Positions 29,225-39,783 of a stretch of DNA of 64,000 bases are shown piece by piece. This DNA comes from Candidatus Peribacteria bacterium. GTDB lineage: Bacteria; Patescibacteriota; Gracilibacteria; Peribacterales; Peribacteraceae. Under the pieces are notes generated by a model. That model saw only the letters and a list, made by a program, of their open reading frames with translations. It had not been told where the DNA came from and searched no databases. The position numbers were made by a program, and so were the translations under genes. The DNA is taken from the NCBI GenBank assembly GCA_016866875.1, contig VGKY01000001.1:56057-120056 (forward strand), read 5' to 3'. Every line of letters begins with the position of its first letter. Position 1 is the first letter of the stretch.

Positions 29225-29402
29225 CTTCTTTCTTTTGTCAGCCAGACAAAAGAAAGAAGCAAAGAAAAACTCACCGCGCGCCAATGCCCCTCCGCCCGGC
29301 CCTGAGTCTCGCCGGGTATGCCTACAAGGATTCGGCATTCCCGCCTCGACGTGCCTGCGGCACAAACAGGGCCTTCCCCCTCACCCCCCGTGGCGCGCGG
29401 AA
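29225..29402. other. Highly structured GC-rich element upstream of dgt (leader RNA or dispersed repeat)
   Basis: Stems CCGCGCGCCA/TGGCGCGCGG, GGCCCTG/CAGGGCC, CTTCTTTCTTTTGTC/GACAAAAGAAAGAAG. Confidence 0.5.
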
Positions 29403-29858
29403 CCACCCTGCGCTTCTTGCATACTCATGTGATGCCTGGCTTCGCAGAGTGCGGCTCGTCATTTTTCAAACACAAAAACGCCCAACATTCTCCAGCGTTC
29501 CTCGTTCTGCTCGCTAAGGTGATCCGGGGGAGAGACACCATTGGTGCCTCTCCAGTGATGTCGTCCAAACGATCGTCGAGCAGTTGCGCTTGTCCCCTGG
29601 GTGTAAGGTGGGTGACCGCAATCCGGCGCCGCAACGCTGGATGATTAGGTCTCCCGTATACAAGCTGATTGAGAAGAAACGTACTGCTCTGACGAATCGC
29701 TGAGACGTTGGCCACTGTAAAATCGGTGCGTGCAGAGATCAAGAAAGAGCCCTTGCATGAGCCATTTTCGACGTGACGGATTGATCGTTTGTATCATTGG
29801 TTCTCCGTCTCAGAGAATCTACTTATTGTAAACAAAAATATACATCTCTCCGAGAGGG

Positions 29859-30533
29859 CTACTGGAGCATGCACGCAAGAACATTCGTTGCTCCACTCTT
29901 CACCGCCTCCCGATCGCCTCCGCGGTACGTCCAATACTTCTCCGGATGACATCGCGTGCAGTCACGCACGCGCTCGATGTTCGTTGTGCTCACCCCGCAT
30001 GCCATCAGTTGTCGGTCAGCCCAGCCTCCCAAGTCAGCCTGTTTTCCAGTGACGAGATCGTGCGGGATGCCGGGCAGTTCCCGCAGTGGGTCTTGAAACT
30101 CCGCGCATGCTGTACAGAGGCATGGGCCTATCCCGACGAAGCATGTGGACGGATCCACGTGCATTTCGTTCTGCATCTGCTCGAAGAATCCTTCGATCGC
30201 TTTGCACAGAAGTCCCTTCCAGCCTACGTGCAGCACGCCAATGATGTTTGTGTCCGGAGCGTAGACGATGAGTGGCTGGCAATCGGCGATCCGGATCATG
30301 AGCGTGAGATGCGCCTGATCGGTGATCAGGCCGTCTGCGGACGCAGTTCGCCTGATCATCTGCCTAGTCACGAGTGTGCGATTGCCGTGCACCTGATCAA
30401 GCGCTGCATAGTCTTTGCCATGGAGCGCTTGCATAACGGAGTGATCCGTGATCAGGTCATCCTCCTTGGCAAACAGGCTTACGGCGATACGATCCGCAAA
30501 GGGGCTGAGCAAGGCAAAGGGTTGGCTGTTCAT
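29859..30533 (-). CDS. pgeF: PgeF/YfiH-family protein
   Basis: QVHG, ADGLIT, IADCQP, HVGWKG, IGPC, CTRC..YWTYR. Confidence 0.9.
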   Translation of the reverse strand: MNSQPFALLSPFADRIAVSLFAKEDDLITDHSVMQALHGKDYAALDQVHGNRTLVTRQMIRRTASADGLITDQAHLTLMIRIADCQPLIVYAPDTNIIGVLHVGWKGLLCKAIEGFFEQMQNEMHVDPSTCFVGIGPCLCTACAEFQDPLRELPGIPHDLVTGKQADLGGWADRQLMACGVSTTNIERVRDCTRCHPEKYWTYRGGDREAVKSGATNVLACMLQ

Positions 30534-30547
30534 GCGTAGGCAGGGCG

Positions 30548-31360
30548 TTAGGCTCCGTCTGTAACAAGCGCGTGCAACACCATTGGGATCTGCTCGATCA
30601 CCCTCCGAGTTCCATAGGCATACCCAAATTTGGGGTAGAGCAGGGCTCCAGAGCGTTTGATCACTGTGGATGCCCTTCTGCACGCATCGCGGGGCGAAAA
30701 CCCCTGTGAGAGCAATCCTGCGACAAGCCCGGCCAGTGCGTCTCCTGTCCCCCCGACCGTGAGCCCCGCATTTCCCCCCGCAATCTCGGTCACCGTTCCA
30801 TCGGGAGCCACCACACGATCCACCGCACCCTTAGCGAGGATGTGCACTCGGTGCTTCTTTGCATAGTCGGCGATACCATCACTGGGTATGCCCATGCGCT
30901 CCAGTTCTCCAAGGTGCGGTGTGAGGACGGCAGTCTTGCCGGCAATAGCGCTGAGCGTCCACGGTTGGAGAGCAGATGCATCGAGCACGATCGGGCAGGG
31001 CGTCTCTTCGATGATGTCTTGGAGCGTGCGGAGCGCCTGGGTGTCGCGGCCGATGCCCGGTCCGAGGACCGCGCAATCCATGGTCGCGAGAAGCTCCACG
31101 ATCCCCGATCGATCACCGCGAGAAAGGTCCGGTCCCTGGAAGGGGTGTACTTGGAAGTTCAACGATTGCATCCGCGTCACTTCCGCATGCGCCGACGGGA
31201 TGCATACATGGACGAGATCCGCACCACTTCCTTCCGCGGCGAGGGCGGCAAAGATCGGTGCTCCGTGCATAAAGTGCGAACCACCCACGACCGCTACGGT
31301 GCCGTTATCGCCTTTGTGGGAGAGCGGGTCGCGCATGATCTTGCGCTGGCACGATATCAC
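30548..31360 (-). CDS. nnrD: ADP-dependent NAD(P)H-hydrate dehydratase
   Basis: SHKGDNG.V.VVGGS, LGPGIG, VLDA, LTPHLGE, GGTGDALAG. Confidence 0.92.
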   Translation of the reverse strand: MISCQRKIMRDPLSHKGDNGTVAVVGGSHFMHGAPIFAALAAEGSGADLVHVCIPSAHAEVTRMQSLNFQVHPFQGPDLSRGDRSGIVELLATMDCAVLGPGIGRDTQALRTLQDIIEETPCPIVLDASALQPWTLSAIAGKTAVLTPHLGELERMGIPSDGIADYAKKHRVHILAKGAVDRVVAPDGTVTEIAGGNAGLTVGGTGDALAGLVAGLLSQGFSPRDACRRASTVIKRSGALLYPKFGYAYGTRRVIEQIPMVLHALVTDGA

Positions 31361-32487
31361 ACCGCAGGCATGACATGCGCTTTTCCATACTGTTGCAAGG
31401 CTCGATCCACAACGGATCGGATATTGCTTCGGAAATGCTGCTCACGAAACTGCTCCGCATGCGCGCGAATTTCCGCAGGGTTCCAGTGGATCTTGGCATA
31501 GTCATTGATAGCCGACGTGAGCGAGGCCTCGGATTGCTCGCTGAAAAAGACCCCCGTTGCTCCCTCAGCAACGGTGTCCAGCGCGCCGCCTTTGCCAAGG
31601 GCGATCACTGGTGTGCCACAGGCCATGGCCTCCAGTGCCGCGACGCCAGCATCCTCGATTTGTGGGAACAGGAATGCACGTGCTTGTGCATAGAGCTTGG
31701 GAAGGGATTCGTCGGGAATGAAGCCCAGCATGTCGACCGTAGGTCCGGCAAGTTTTTTGAGTCTCTTGAAATCGCTCCCGGTGCCTGCGATTTTGAGCGG
31801 CAGTCGCAGACGGTTAGCAGTCGCGACGAGCAGATCGAAGCGCTTGTAGGGAACGAGTCGGCCGAGAGCCAGGAAGTACGCGCGATCTTGTGGCCGACGG
31901 TCGTCGATCTTTGCTCCAAACATTCGCTCTCCAACCGGAGGATGAATCACAACGCTCTCTCTCCCGTAGATCCTCCGAATGCGCTCCTGAGTCGTGCGGG
32001 AATTGGCGATGAAGACATCGACTCTGTCCGCCGCAGTCATATCCCAGCGGCGCAAGCGCATGAGCATGTTTCTGACCATGGGCGTAAGTAGCCTCGGCAC
32101 CCGGAAATCTTTCAGGTAGGCATCTTCCATTTCCCATCCGTACCGCACAGGGGTGTGGCAGTAGCAGATGTGCACCGCATCGCTGGGAGGGATCACCCCT
32201 TTGCCCACTGCATGGGACGAGCTGAAAATCAGATCACTGCCCCGGAGATCCATGCTCTCTACGGCTCGTGGCATCCACGGTAGAAGCACCGTGTGCGTGC
32301 GGAGGATGGAGAAGGGGAATTGCAGACGCGAGAGGCGGATGTCTGCGTGGGAGAGTTCAGGCAGACGCCCCCTGCGTGCGACTGTCGTGAAGATCGGTGC
32401 ATCGGGGTACATGCGGTGCAGTGTTGCAACCACATGCTCCGCTCCTCCGAAGGTGGGGAGCCAGTCGGCGATGATCACTGTACGCAT
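31357..32487 (-). CDS. Glycosyltransferase family 4 (mannosyltransferase-like)
   Basis: GGAEHV, YCHTPVRY, GRLVPYKRFD, EDAGVAALEAMACGTPVIA. Confidence 0.92.
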   Translation of the reverse strand: MRTVIIADWLPTFGGAEHVVATLHRMYPDAPIFTTVARRGRLPELSHADIRLSRLQFPFSILRTHTVLLPWMPRAVESMDLRGSDLIFSSSHAVGKGVIPPSDAVHICYCHTPVRYGWEMEDAYLKDFRVPRLLTPMVRNMLMRLRRWDMTAADRVDVFIANSRTTQERIRRIYGRESVVIHPPVGERMFGAKIDDRRPQDRAYFLALGRLVPYKRFDLLVATANRLRLPLKIAGTGSDFKRLKKLAGPTVDMLGFIPDESLPKLYAQARAFLFPQIEDAGVAALEAMACGTPVIALGKGGALDTVAEGATGVFFSEQSEASLTSAINDYAKIHWNPAEIRAHAEQFREQHFRSNIRSVVDRALQQYGKAHVMPAV

Positions 32488-32489
32488 GC

Positions 32490-32612
32490 GGGGAATGGAA
32501 AATGTAGAATTGAACATTGAAAATTGCAGTGATCTGGAGCTTGATAGACACGGTGTGTCTACCGAGACACATTCTGCATTCAGAATACTGCATTCTCAAT
32601 TCTGCATACCCG
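32490..32612. repeat. Heptamer-repeat inverted array in a divergent intergenic region
   Basis: GAATGGA/AAATGTA/GAATTGA... facing CATTCTG/CATTCAG/CATTCTC. Confidence 0.7.
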
Positions 32613-32618
32613 TTTTCC

Positions 32619-33527
32619 ATGCCCATGCGTCCCGCCAAGCGCCTGCCTGCAAGGCTTCGTCGTCCGGTGAGTCCGGGTACGCGCGCTTTGGTGGAGCGTC
32701 GTTATGCGCGGCGCAAGGTGCAGCGCAGCGCACGCTACCGCCGCTTCCTGCAGAAGGTTGTCGGCTCTGCTGTTGCAGCGCGCAAGCGGTTGGCAGCCCT
32801 GCTTCTCGGCATCGCTCTCGTCGTTCTCCTCGTCTTTCTCGGTGTTGCCCTCTTTTCGCCGGCGATGCGCGTCACCGAGGTCCGCATGGTGCGCACGGAT
32901 CCCCGTGTGGATTTGGAGCAAGTGCAAACATTGCTGTCTCCGCTCTTCGGAAGGCATCTCATGCTGCTCTCCACACACGACGTCAGGGAGCTACTCGAGC
33001 GGGGCATGCATGATCTGCACCGCGTTGCGGTGGACAAGGATTATCCGTCTGCGCTGGTCGTTCGCATCACGCCCGATCCACTTGTGGCGCGTCTCTCCAT
33101 CGCCGCCGATGCCGCCGATGCCGCCGTCGCAACCGGTGCAACAGTGGATTTTCTCACGGATCAAGGCGTGTACATCTCCTCCTCGCGCGTCTCCGCTGGA
33201 GAGGATCTGCCGCTGATCACCATCGTTGACTGGGGCGCCCGCCCCGTTTCTGGCACCGCGATCATTGCCCCTGCCATGCTCGAACGCATGACGCTCACCG
33301 AGCGATTGCTCCTCGAACAGTTTGGCCAGGAGACCCTCAGTCGCACCGTGTACATGCGCGGTCAGGAGTACCATGTACGGATCGCCCAATGGACAATCTG
33401 GTTCGATATGCGTAGTTCGCTCGATGAGCACCTGCAGCGCTATCGTCTCTTTCTTCGCGAGATCCCTCCCGCAGACGTGCGTTCGTACGTTGACTTACGT
33501 CTTACGAATCGCGTCGTCCATCGCTGA
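32619..33527 (+). CDS. ftsQ: Cell division protein FtsQ/DivIB-like
   Basis: Basic N-terminus, single TM helix, POTRA-like segment (KDYPSALVV), C-terminal YVDLR. Confidence 0.75.
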   Translation: MPMRPAKRLPARLRRPVSPGTRALVERRYARRKVQRSARYRRFLQKVVGSAVAARKRLAALLLGIALVVLLVFLGVALFSPAMRVTEVRMVRTDPRVDLEQVQTLLSPLFGRHLMLLSTHDVRELLERGMHDLHRVAVDKDYPSALVVRITPDPLVARLSIAADAADAAVATGATVDFLTDQGVYISSSRVSAGEDLPLITIVDWGARPVSGTAIIAPAMLERMTLTERLLLEQFGQETLSRTVYMRGQEYHVRIAQWTIWFDMRSSLDEHLQRYRLFLREIPPADVRSYVDLRLTNRVVHR

Positions 33528-33602
33528 TCGACGCACGCGCCTGCAAGGTTTCCCGTTGGTTTCGTCGGGCAGCACTGGTTTTCCCGATGCACCGAATACG
33601 CT

Positions 33603-34505
33603 ATGCTTCTCCGGATGCTGCGAACCCTCCTCTCGGTTTTGAGTCTGGGCATACTTCCTTCCCTCGGTGGCACGGCATCGATTCCCTCGATTCCGCCGCA
33701 CCTCGTTGTCGCGCCACCCGCACTGGAGCTGCAGATCGCAACTCGCCTCTCCGCTTCTGGGGTAGTGGTGATCGATGCGCAGAGCGGTCAGCGTGTCTTC
33801 GGCAAGCAGTACGACGTGCCGCGCCCCATCGCAAGCCTCACCAAGCTCATGACGGCATTAGTGATTGTTGAGCACCATGAGCTTTCCGAGGTCGTGCGCG
33901 TGCCGGGGGGTCTCAAGACATTCCAGTCTGCGGTACAGCTGCCTGCCGGCGAACAGTTCACCGTGGGTGACATGCTGTCGGCCATGCTCATCGCCTCTGC
34001 GAACGATGCAGCTTCCACGCTCGCTATTCACCATAGCGGTTCTGTGGATGGGTTCGTTCAGGTGATGAATGACCGTGCAGTGGCGCTGGGTTTAGAGCAT
34101 ACGCACTTTGAGAACCCCGCAGGTTTCGATGGCCCAACGCAGAGATCGACGCCCCAGGAGATCGCATGGCTCACGATGGCCGCTCTGCGACAGCCCTTCA
34201 TCCAGAAACGTCTTTCCATGCGAGGAGCGCGGATCGTGAGCCTCCAGGGTTCCGATATCTCTCTGACTAACACGCATGCATTGCTCCATAGACAGGGCCC
34301 CGTGCGCGCCGGCAAAACCGGTACGACCAATGGCGCCAACCAGTGCCTGATGTCGGTGGTGGAAGAATCGGGTCGTCGCTATGTTGTGGTCTTGCTGGAT
34401 TCCCTGCAGCGCTACGTCGATATGCGCACCATTCTCGATGCCATGGCCGATCTCGCTACTCCTTCGACGAGCGTGTCGATGCGCCCCCCGCTTCCCAGTC
34501 CCTGA
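33603..34505 (+). CDS. D-alanyl-D-alanine carboxypeptidase (peptidase S11)
   Basis: ASLTKLMT (SxxK), SAN, KTG. Confidence 0.92.
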   Translation: MLLRMLRTLLSVLSLGILPSLGGTASIPSIPPHLVVAPPALELQIATRLSASGVVVIDAQSGQRVFGKQYDVPRPIASLTKLMTALVIVEHHELSEVVRVPGGLKTFQSAVQLPAGEQFTVGDMLSAMLIASANDAASTLAIHHSGSVDGFVQVMNDRAVALGLEHTHFENPAGFDGPTQRSTPQEIAWLTMAALRQPFIQKRLSMRGARIVSLQGSDISLTNTHALLHRQGPVRAGKTGTTNGANQCLMSVVEESGRRYVVVLLDSLQRYVDMRTILDAMADLATPSTSVSMRPPLPSP

Positions 34506-34588
34506 CCCCTATTTCTCCGGCAACCGTCTTGCCGTTTTGGGTGCGTCCGTGAAGACTTCATTTCTCCCCAGCTGTTCCCCGCAGGATA

Positions 34589-35614
34589 TTGCTCACACCA
34601 GCAGATAACGTCCGCCACTGGCTGTCCCTCCGTGTCCGGGGTCTCTGCGCGCTGGTCTTCGTCGTATCATCGCTGCTTCCGCCCTACATTCCCCATGCAG
34701 AGCTTGCGCAAGACGATTCCCTACCTGAGCTCTCGCAAACGGTCTTGCTGGTCGAAGAGGGATTTCTGATGAAGACCTCGCCTTTGAGCAAAGAGGGGGC
34801 CCGACGGACGTACTCGGAGGCGCTCATTCATACCGTGCAGTCCGGTGACAGTTTGGAGAAGCTCTCCAATCGCTACGATGTCTCCGTCGACACGATCCGC
34901 TGGGCGAACACTCTCACAGAGGGCCAGGCCATCAAGCCTGGGCAGGAACTCATCATCCTTCCGGTCGACGGCATCCTACATACCGTCAAGCGGGGGCAGA
35001 CACTCCTCGGTCTTGCGGAGCTCTATAGCATCCCGTATGCGGATATCGCCGTTCAGAACAAGCTCAAGGATGGACTCATAGCCGCAGGTCAGGAGCTCAT
35101 CATTCCCGGTGGCAAGCCCATCGTGCCAAAGCCGGTTCAGGTGGCTTTAAAGCCCAAGTCTCCGCAGAAGGCCACCGCAGTTCCCAAACCTTCCCACAAG
35201 CCCGCGCAGACGACCTACACGCCGGAGCCGACGAGGGGCGTACTGCAGAAGCCGTGCGGTTCCGATTGCTTCATCACCCAGTACTTCAGCGCCAGTCACT
35301 ATGCTCTCGATATGCAGGTGCGCGGCGGCGGGCCGATCTACGCGGCGGAAGCCGGCACGGTGATTCGCACAGACTACGGATGGAACGGCGGCTACGGCAA
35401 TGTGATTGAAGTCGATCACGGCAATGGACTTGTCACACTCTACGCGCACAATAAAGAGCTCTACGTCAATGTGGGGGATGTCGTCGAGCGCGGTCAGAAC
35501 ATCGCGTACATGGGCAACACCGGTCTCGTGCATGGAGCTACGGGCATCCACGTACACTTCGAAGTCCGTCTCAATGGCGTGAAGAAAAATCCGTTGCTGT
35601 ATATTCAGGAATGA
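34589..35614 (+). CDS. LysM-repeat M23 peptidase (start uncertain)
   Basis: Two LysM domains; HYALD, YAH, HVHFEVR. Confidence 0.9.
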   Translation: MLTPADNVRHWLSLRVRGLCALVFVVSSLLPPYIPHAELAQDDSLPELSQTVLLVEEGFLMKTSPLSKEGARRTYSEALIHTVQSGDSLEKLSNRYDVSVDTIRWANTLTEGQAIKPGQELIILPVDGILHTVKRGQTLLGLAELYSIPYADIAVQNKLKDGLIAAGQELIIPGGKPIVPKPVQVALKPKSPQKATAVPKPSHKPAQTTYTPEPTRGVLQKPCGSDCFITQYFSASHYALDMQVRGGGPIYAAEAGTVIRTDYGWNGGYGNVIEVDHGNGLVTLYAHNKELYVNVGDVVERGQNIAYMGNTGLVHGATGIHVHFEVRLNGVKKNPLLYIQE

Positions 35615-35637
35615 GGGTGGTGAGTGTGGAGGAATTC

Positions 35638-35714
35638 TGGCGGGACCGACGGGACTCGAACCCGCGACCTTCCGCGTGACAGGCGGACGCTCTAACCAGC
35701 TGAGCTACGATCCC
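35638..35714 (-). tRNA. tRNA-Asp (GTC)
   Basis: GGGATCGTAGCTCAG...CTGTCAC...GGTTCGAGTCCC...CCGCCA, 77 nt. Confidence 0.95.
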
Positions 35715-35868
35715 ATATTATACGGGCCCAACCCTACCGGAGATTCGCTGGCTGTACAACAGAGTGCCCGTGCTTTGACAGTAGGTTTAACCTATCTAGA
35801 TTGGTTCATAGAATAGTTGTATTATATTAAATACGTGTTATAATATTCTCACTTTCCTCATAACTACC

Positions 35869-36171
35869 ATGTCGATTGCAGATCAGCCAAACATTAATTC
35901 AGCCCCCCCTCCTCCGACTGAGGAGGTATTTGACCCCAAGTGCTTTCAAGCTCGCTCGGTCATAGAAGGTGCCGTGCGCAATGCATCGCATGGAATACTT
36001 GCTCATGCACATCAGCAAATTGTTGATGGTGTGGTAGAAGCGTATGGACGAGAAAAAGCCAAATTTACTACGCTTGCAGAGGTGAATGATTTCATCGCCC
36101 ATGCCGTTCGGGATCGTATTGATCAAGTTCCTGAATCCCATCGCCTTCCCGAATATCGCGACGCCGCATAG
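35869..36171 (+). CDS. Hypothetical protein
   Basis: ORF after an AT-rich TATAAT promoter. Confidence 0.55.
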   Translation: MSIADQPNINSAPPPPTEEVFDPKCFQARSVIEGAVRNASHGILAHAHQQIVDGVVEAYGREKAKFTTLAEVNDFIAHAVRDRIDQVPESHRLPEYRDAA

Positions 36172-36243
36172 GGCAGTGTCTAGATTGCCGGTTTTTCCTT
36201 GTGCCACGGCGCTCACGAGCGCCCTCATGTCAGATCATTATCG

Positions 36244-37722
36244 CTATGCAATTGCAGGTCTCTTGGTATGCCATACCGTCGCTTGTTCATACGCGTAAGC
36301 CGCACGGAGGATGACGCCTTCGCCCCATTGCGGACCCATGAGCTGTAGGCCGATCGGGAGCCCCTCGACAGAGCTCGGGGTGACACTTTTTGAGAAACCG
36401 CAGTTCACTGATAGTGCCGGGATCCCTGCCATCACTTGGCCGTCGAGGAAGACGTCTTCGAGGTACATGGCGATCGGGTCGTTTTCATGTGCACCGACTT
36501 TGAAGGCGGGGGTCGGGGAAACGGGCGAGAGGATCACATCGACCTTCGTAAATGCTTCGGTGAAGTCCTGCTTGATGAGCGTGCGCACTTTCTGAGCCTG
36601 ACGGTAGTACGCATCGAAGTAGCCCGCGGAGAGGGCATATGTGCCGATCATGATGCGGCGCTTCACCTCTGGGCCAAAGCCCTCGCTGCGGACGCGCACG
36701 TAGTAATCGAGGAGATCTGCAGGGTCTTTCACCGTATGGCCGTAGCGCACGCCGTCGTAGCGAGCCATGTTGCTGCTCACTTCGCAGGGGCAGAGCACGT
36801 AGTAACAGGGTGTCGCGTACTTCGTATGGGGCAGAGAAATCTCCTGCATGGTTGCACCGAGACTTTGCAAGACTTTCGCGGCCTCGCGCACAGCACCTTC
36901 TACTTCAGCATTCATCCCGTCGATGAAGTACTCCTTCGGGATCCCGATCTTCAGGCCCTTCACATCCTTGGTGAGCATGCTCCTGTAGTTGGGTACAGGC
37001 TCGTCTCCCGTCGTGCCATCCATCGGATCTTTTCCTGCGATCGTCTCTAAAACGATTGCGAGATCCTCGACGTTTTTACAGATCGGCCCGATGGTATCGA
37101 GCGAGCTCGCCATGCTCATCACGCCGTAGCGGCTCGTGCGGCCATAGGTCGTGCGGATGCCGGCCACGCCGCAGTACCCCGCAGGTTGGCGTATGGAGCC
37201 TCCTGTGTCGGTTGCAAGGGCAAAGAAACCCTCATCTGCAGCGACTGCAGCCGCCGATCCTCCCGAGGATCCTCCGGCGACCCTGCTCGTATCCCAGGGG
37301 TTTTTGGTCACGCCGTAGCAGGAGGTTTCTGTGGATGCGCCCATCGTGAATTCGTCGGTGTTGGTTTTCCCGAGTGAGATCGCACCCGCGGCTTTGAGTC
37401 GCTTGGTCGTTGTGGAGTCAAACGGGGGGATGTAGTTCTTCTCACGCAGGATGTTGCTACAGGCAGTTGTCGCTACCCCCTCTTCGCAGTACACGTCTTT
37501 GGCGAAGTAGGGGATTGCGGAAAGCGGGTGATCACTCACCCCCTGATCATCAATCTTTTTGGCTTCCTCTAGGGCTCGATCAAAGCTTCGATGGACGATG
37601 GCATTCAGGGACTTATCCACTTCTTCGGTCCGTTTTATGCATGCGCGAACCAATTCCTGTGCAGAAATTTCTTTCTTCTTCAATTTCTCATGAGCCTGAG
37701 TGATGGTGAGCGTGTGTAGCAT
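36244..37722 (-). CDS. gatA: Asp/Glu-tRNA amidotransferase subunit A
   Basis: KTNTDEFTMG, GGSSGGSAA, DTGGSIRQPA, EVKRRIMIGTY. Confidence 0.97.
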   Translation of the reverse strand: MLHTLTITQAHEKLKKKEISAQELVRACIKRTEEVDKSLNAIVHRSFDRALEEAKKIDDQGVSDHPLSAIPYFAKDVYCEEGVATTACSNILREKNYIPPFDSTTTKRLKAAGAISLGKTNTDEFTMGASTETSCYGVTKNPWDTSRVAGGSSGGSAAAVAADEGFFALATDTGGSIRQPAGYCGVAGIRTTYGRTSRYGVMSMASSLDTIGPICKNVEDLAIVLETIAGKDPMDGTTGDEPVPNYRSMLTKDVKGLKIGIPKEYFIDGMNAEVEGAVREAAKVLQSLGATMQEISLPHTKYATPCYYVLCPCEVSSNMARYDGVRYGHTVKDPADLLDYYVRVRSEGFGPEVKRRIMIGTYALSAGYFDAYYRQAQKVRTLIKQDFTEAFTKVDVILSPVSPTPAFKVGAHENDPIAMYLEDVFLDGQVMAGIPALSVNCGFSKSVTPSSVEGLPIGLQLMGPQWGEGVILRAAYAYEQATVWHTKRPAIA

Positions 37723-38018
37723 TATCCGTGGGCGGATGGTGTCTCTATCTGGTCATCGATGATCGGAAGAGCACTGCACCCAAGCAACGATTCCGGCGCA
37801 ATCTTCTCGCTGCAGAGTGCATCACTACGAAGCATGTTCGCCGCGCCTGTAACCTGTGCTGTCGGTTCTACTCCAGACGTATCCACTTCCTGCAACTGGT
37901 CGATGTAGCCCAGAATTGCCGTGAGATTTTTTGCATACGTCTCGATTTCATCGTCGCTGATCTCTAAGCGCGCGAGCTTGGCGATGTGTCGGACTTGGGC
38001 AGGGGAAAGGTGCGTCAT
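37722..38018 (-). CDS. gatC: Asp/Glu-tRNA amidotransferase subunit C
   Basis: VRHIAKLARL..ILGYIDQLQEVDTSGVEPT; stop overlaps the gatA start. Confidence 0.92.
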   Translation of the reverse strand: MTHLSPAQVRHIAKLARLEISDDEIETYAKNLTAILGYIDQLQEVDTSGVEPTAQVTGAANMLRSDALCSEKIAPESLLGCSALPIIDDQIETPSAHG

Positions 38019-38106
38019 TGCGCCTGAGGATAGCGACTTTGTGCTCTTCCATAAAGTCCGCTGGTACAGTTTACAAAAATGTAAAAATATTGAAAAATGA
38101 TTTCTT

Positions 38107-38580
38107 ATGCACACTTTGGAATCAGATTGGCAGGAATGGTTTTCAAGGCAAACGGGCATCACGTCCGCTGTGCATTTTGACGATGTCCCTCCTGCACGCT
38201 ACGTGTGTTTTTCTGATGAAGATGGCACGGAACTCTGGCGCGCTCCTCTGACCGATTGTCCGTCTCCCTCGGATGCGGCAGATTTCCTTCCTCCGTTTCT
38301 CCGCGTTGAGAGTGTGACTCTTTCTATTCGCAGGAAGCTCCTTGCTATCTTAGGGCAGCAGCCAGAGCACGTTGCCGAATGCGCAGAAACCATTCCCGAA
38401 ATCAGGGACGCAGCAATGGCTGTGGCACATGCTCCTCTGGCATCTCGCCGTCGCGACCGCGTACCGACGGTCTTCGAGCTGCCTGCGGAGATGCGGAGGC
38501 AGTGGGAGGAGATCCTCTTTCGCATCGACGACGTGACCGCTCAGCGCTTGGCAGAAAAGCTTGCCCCTTCAGCTTCGTAG
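38107..38580 (+). CDS. Hypothetical protein
   Basis: 157-aa ORF divergent from gatC. Confidence 0.5.
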   Translation: MHTLESDWQEWFSRQTGITSAVHFDDVPPARYVCFSDEDGTELWRAPLTDCPSPSDAADFLPPFLRVESVTLSIRRKLLAILGQQPEHVAECAETIPEIRDAAMAVAHAPLASRRRDRVPTVFELPAEMRRQWEEILFRIDDVTAQRLAEKLAPSAS

Positions 38581-38583
38581 AGC

Positions 38584-39261
38584 TCATGCTGCGCCCCTTG
38601 TGCCTGTCCATGCATTCTTCCCGATGTGGGGCCTAAAGCGATCCTGTTTGTGCCGCTTATCTACGCGATTCTGCACATCCGACCGTATGGATCGGATTTT
38701 GTCGATGTCACCGATGATCTTCGGATCCTGCGCCGTTTCGAGGAGCGAGCCCAATATGCTCAGTAGCTGATCCTGAGCTGCGCGTGCCTGCGGGTTCGGA
38801 TCCGTGTCTACCGCAAAGTGTTCGTCGATTGCATGGCTGATCGCCTGTACGACTTTCGCTGCACCTTCGATTTCGATGGCGAGCTGTTGCTCTGCACTTC
38901 GGAACTGCGCCATATCTCCCTCTTGGGTGTAGCGCATTTGGGTGCCGACGCTCTGACCATTTCTGAGTCTTTCGATATTGGCGATGTATCCCTCCAGTGC
39001 CCGCACGTGATGCGGATTGATGCTCATGACAATGGCGTTGGCTTCGAACGACTGTAGCGCTTCGCGCTCGCGACTCACCGATGCCGGAGTCTCTGCGTTT
39101 TGCTCCGTTACTTCTTTGCTGTGCTTCTCCGTAACGAGTTGGAGTGCTGCAAACAGATCATCGCGAGCACTTTTCGAAAGCCCGTCGACGCCGGCGAGCT
39201 CCGATGCTTCCGCGAGATCCTCCGGAGTGATGTGTACCTGTTGCGCTTCATGCTTGGACAT
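38584..39261 (-). CDS. Hypothetical helical protein
   Basis: 225-aa ORF with an AT-rich promoter. Confidence 0.6.
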   Translation of the reverse strand: MSKHEAQQVHITPEDLAEASELAGVDGLSKSARDDLFAALQLVTEKHSKEVTEQNAETPASVSREREALQSFEANAIVMSINPHHVRALEGYIANIERLRNGQSVGTQMRYTQEGDMAQFRSAEQQLAIEIEGAAKVVQAISHAIDEHFAVDTDPNPQARAAQDQLLSILGSLLETAQDPKIIGDIDKIRSIRSDVQNRVDKRHKQDRFRPHIGKNAWTGTRGAA

Positions 39262-39387
39262 CGGTGTTTCGGGAATAATATAGATATTATATAATATTTA
39301 TACACAAATGCAACTACTCCCAAACGCAGGATTTCGTCGTTTGGGATCCTTCTATTCAAATTCACCGTAGTTCTGCATGATGTCTCC

Positions 39388-39783
39388 ATGTCCCTCCTGC
39401 GCCTCAAAGGTCGTAAAGCATGTGACCGCCTTCAGAAGCTGGGTAATAGCTGGAAGGGCAAGCACATGGTCGTACGGTGGATGCTCGGGCCGCCGCGTGG
39501 CGTGAAGGCTGCCGGAGTCTACTTTGGCATGCGCGCGTCGACGAAGCTCGATAAGTCTGCTGTGCGCCGCAATCGCATGCGTCGGCGCTGCAAGGAAGCA
39601 TTTCGACTGGCCATCGCGGAACTGCCCCCAATAAACGTCTCAGCGCAATTGTTCCTCAGCCCCCGCGCGAGTAGTCTGACGGTGGATTTCTCCGAGCTCC
39701 AGAGCGACGCCCGGCGCTTCCTCTCGTTTCTCACCTCTTCATGCCCTCCTCAAAGACCAGACGCTTCGCAGACTTCTTCCTGA
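39388..39783 (+). CDS. rnpA: Ribonuclease P protein component
   Basis: KLDKSAVRRNRMRRRCKEAFR (RNR motif); directly upstream of yidC. Confidence 0.88.
   Translation: MSLLRLKGRKACDRLQKLGNSWKGKHMVVRWMLGPPRGVKAAGVYFGMRASTKLDKSAVRRNRMRRRCKEAFRLAIAELPPINVSAQLFLSPRASSLTVDFSELQSDARRFLSFLTSSCPPQRPDASQTSS

Noticed and set aside
29270..29405. RNase P RNA, tmRNA or SRP RNA
   Set aside because: Lacks the GAGGAAAGTCC/P4, tRNA-like ends and SRP helix-8 signatures.
26605..35714. Prophage or island integrated at the tRNAs
   Set aside because: No integrase, no duplicated tRNA 3' end, and mostly housekeeping content.
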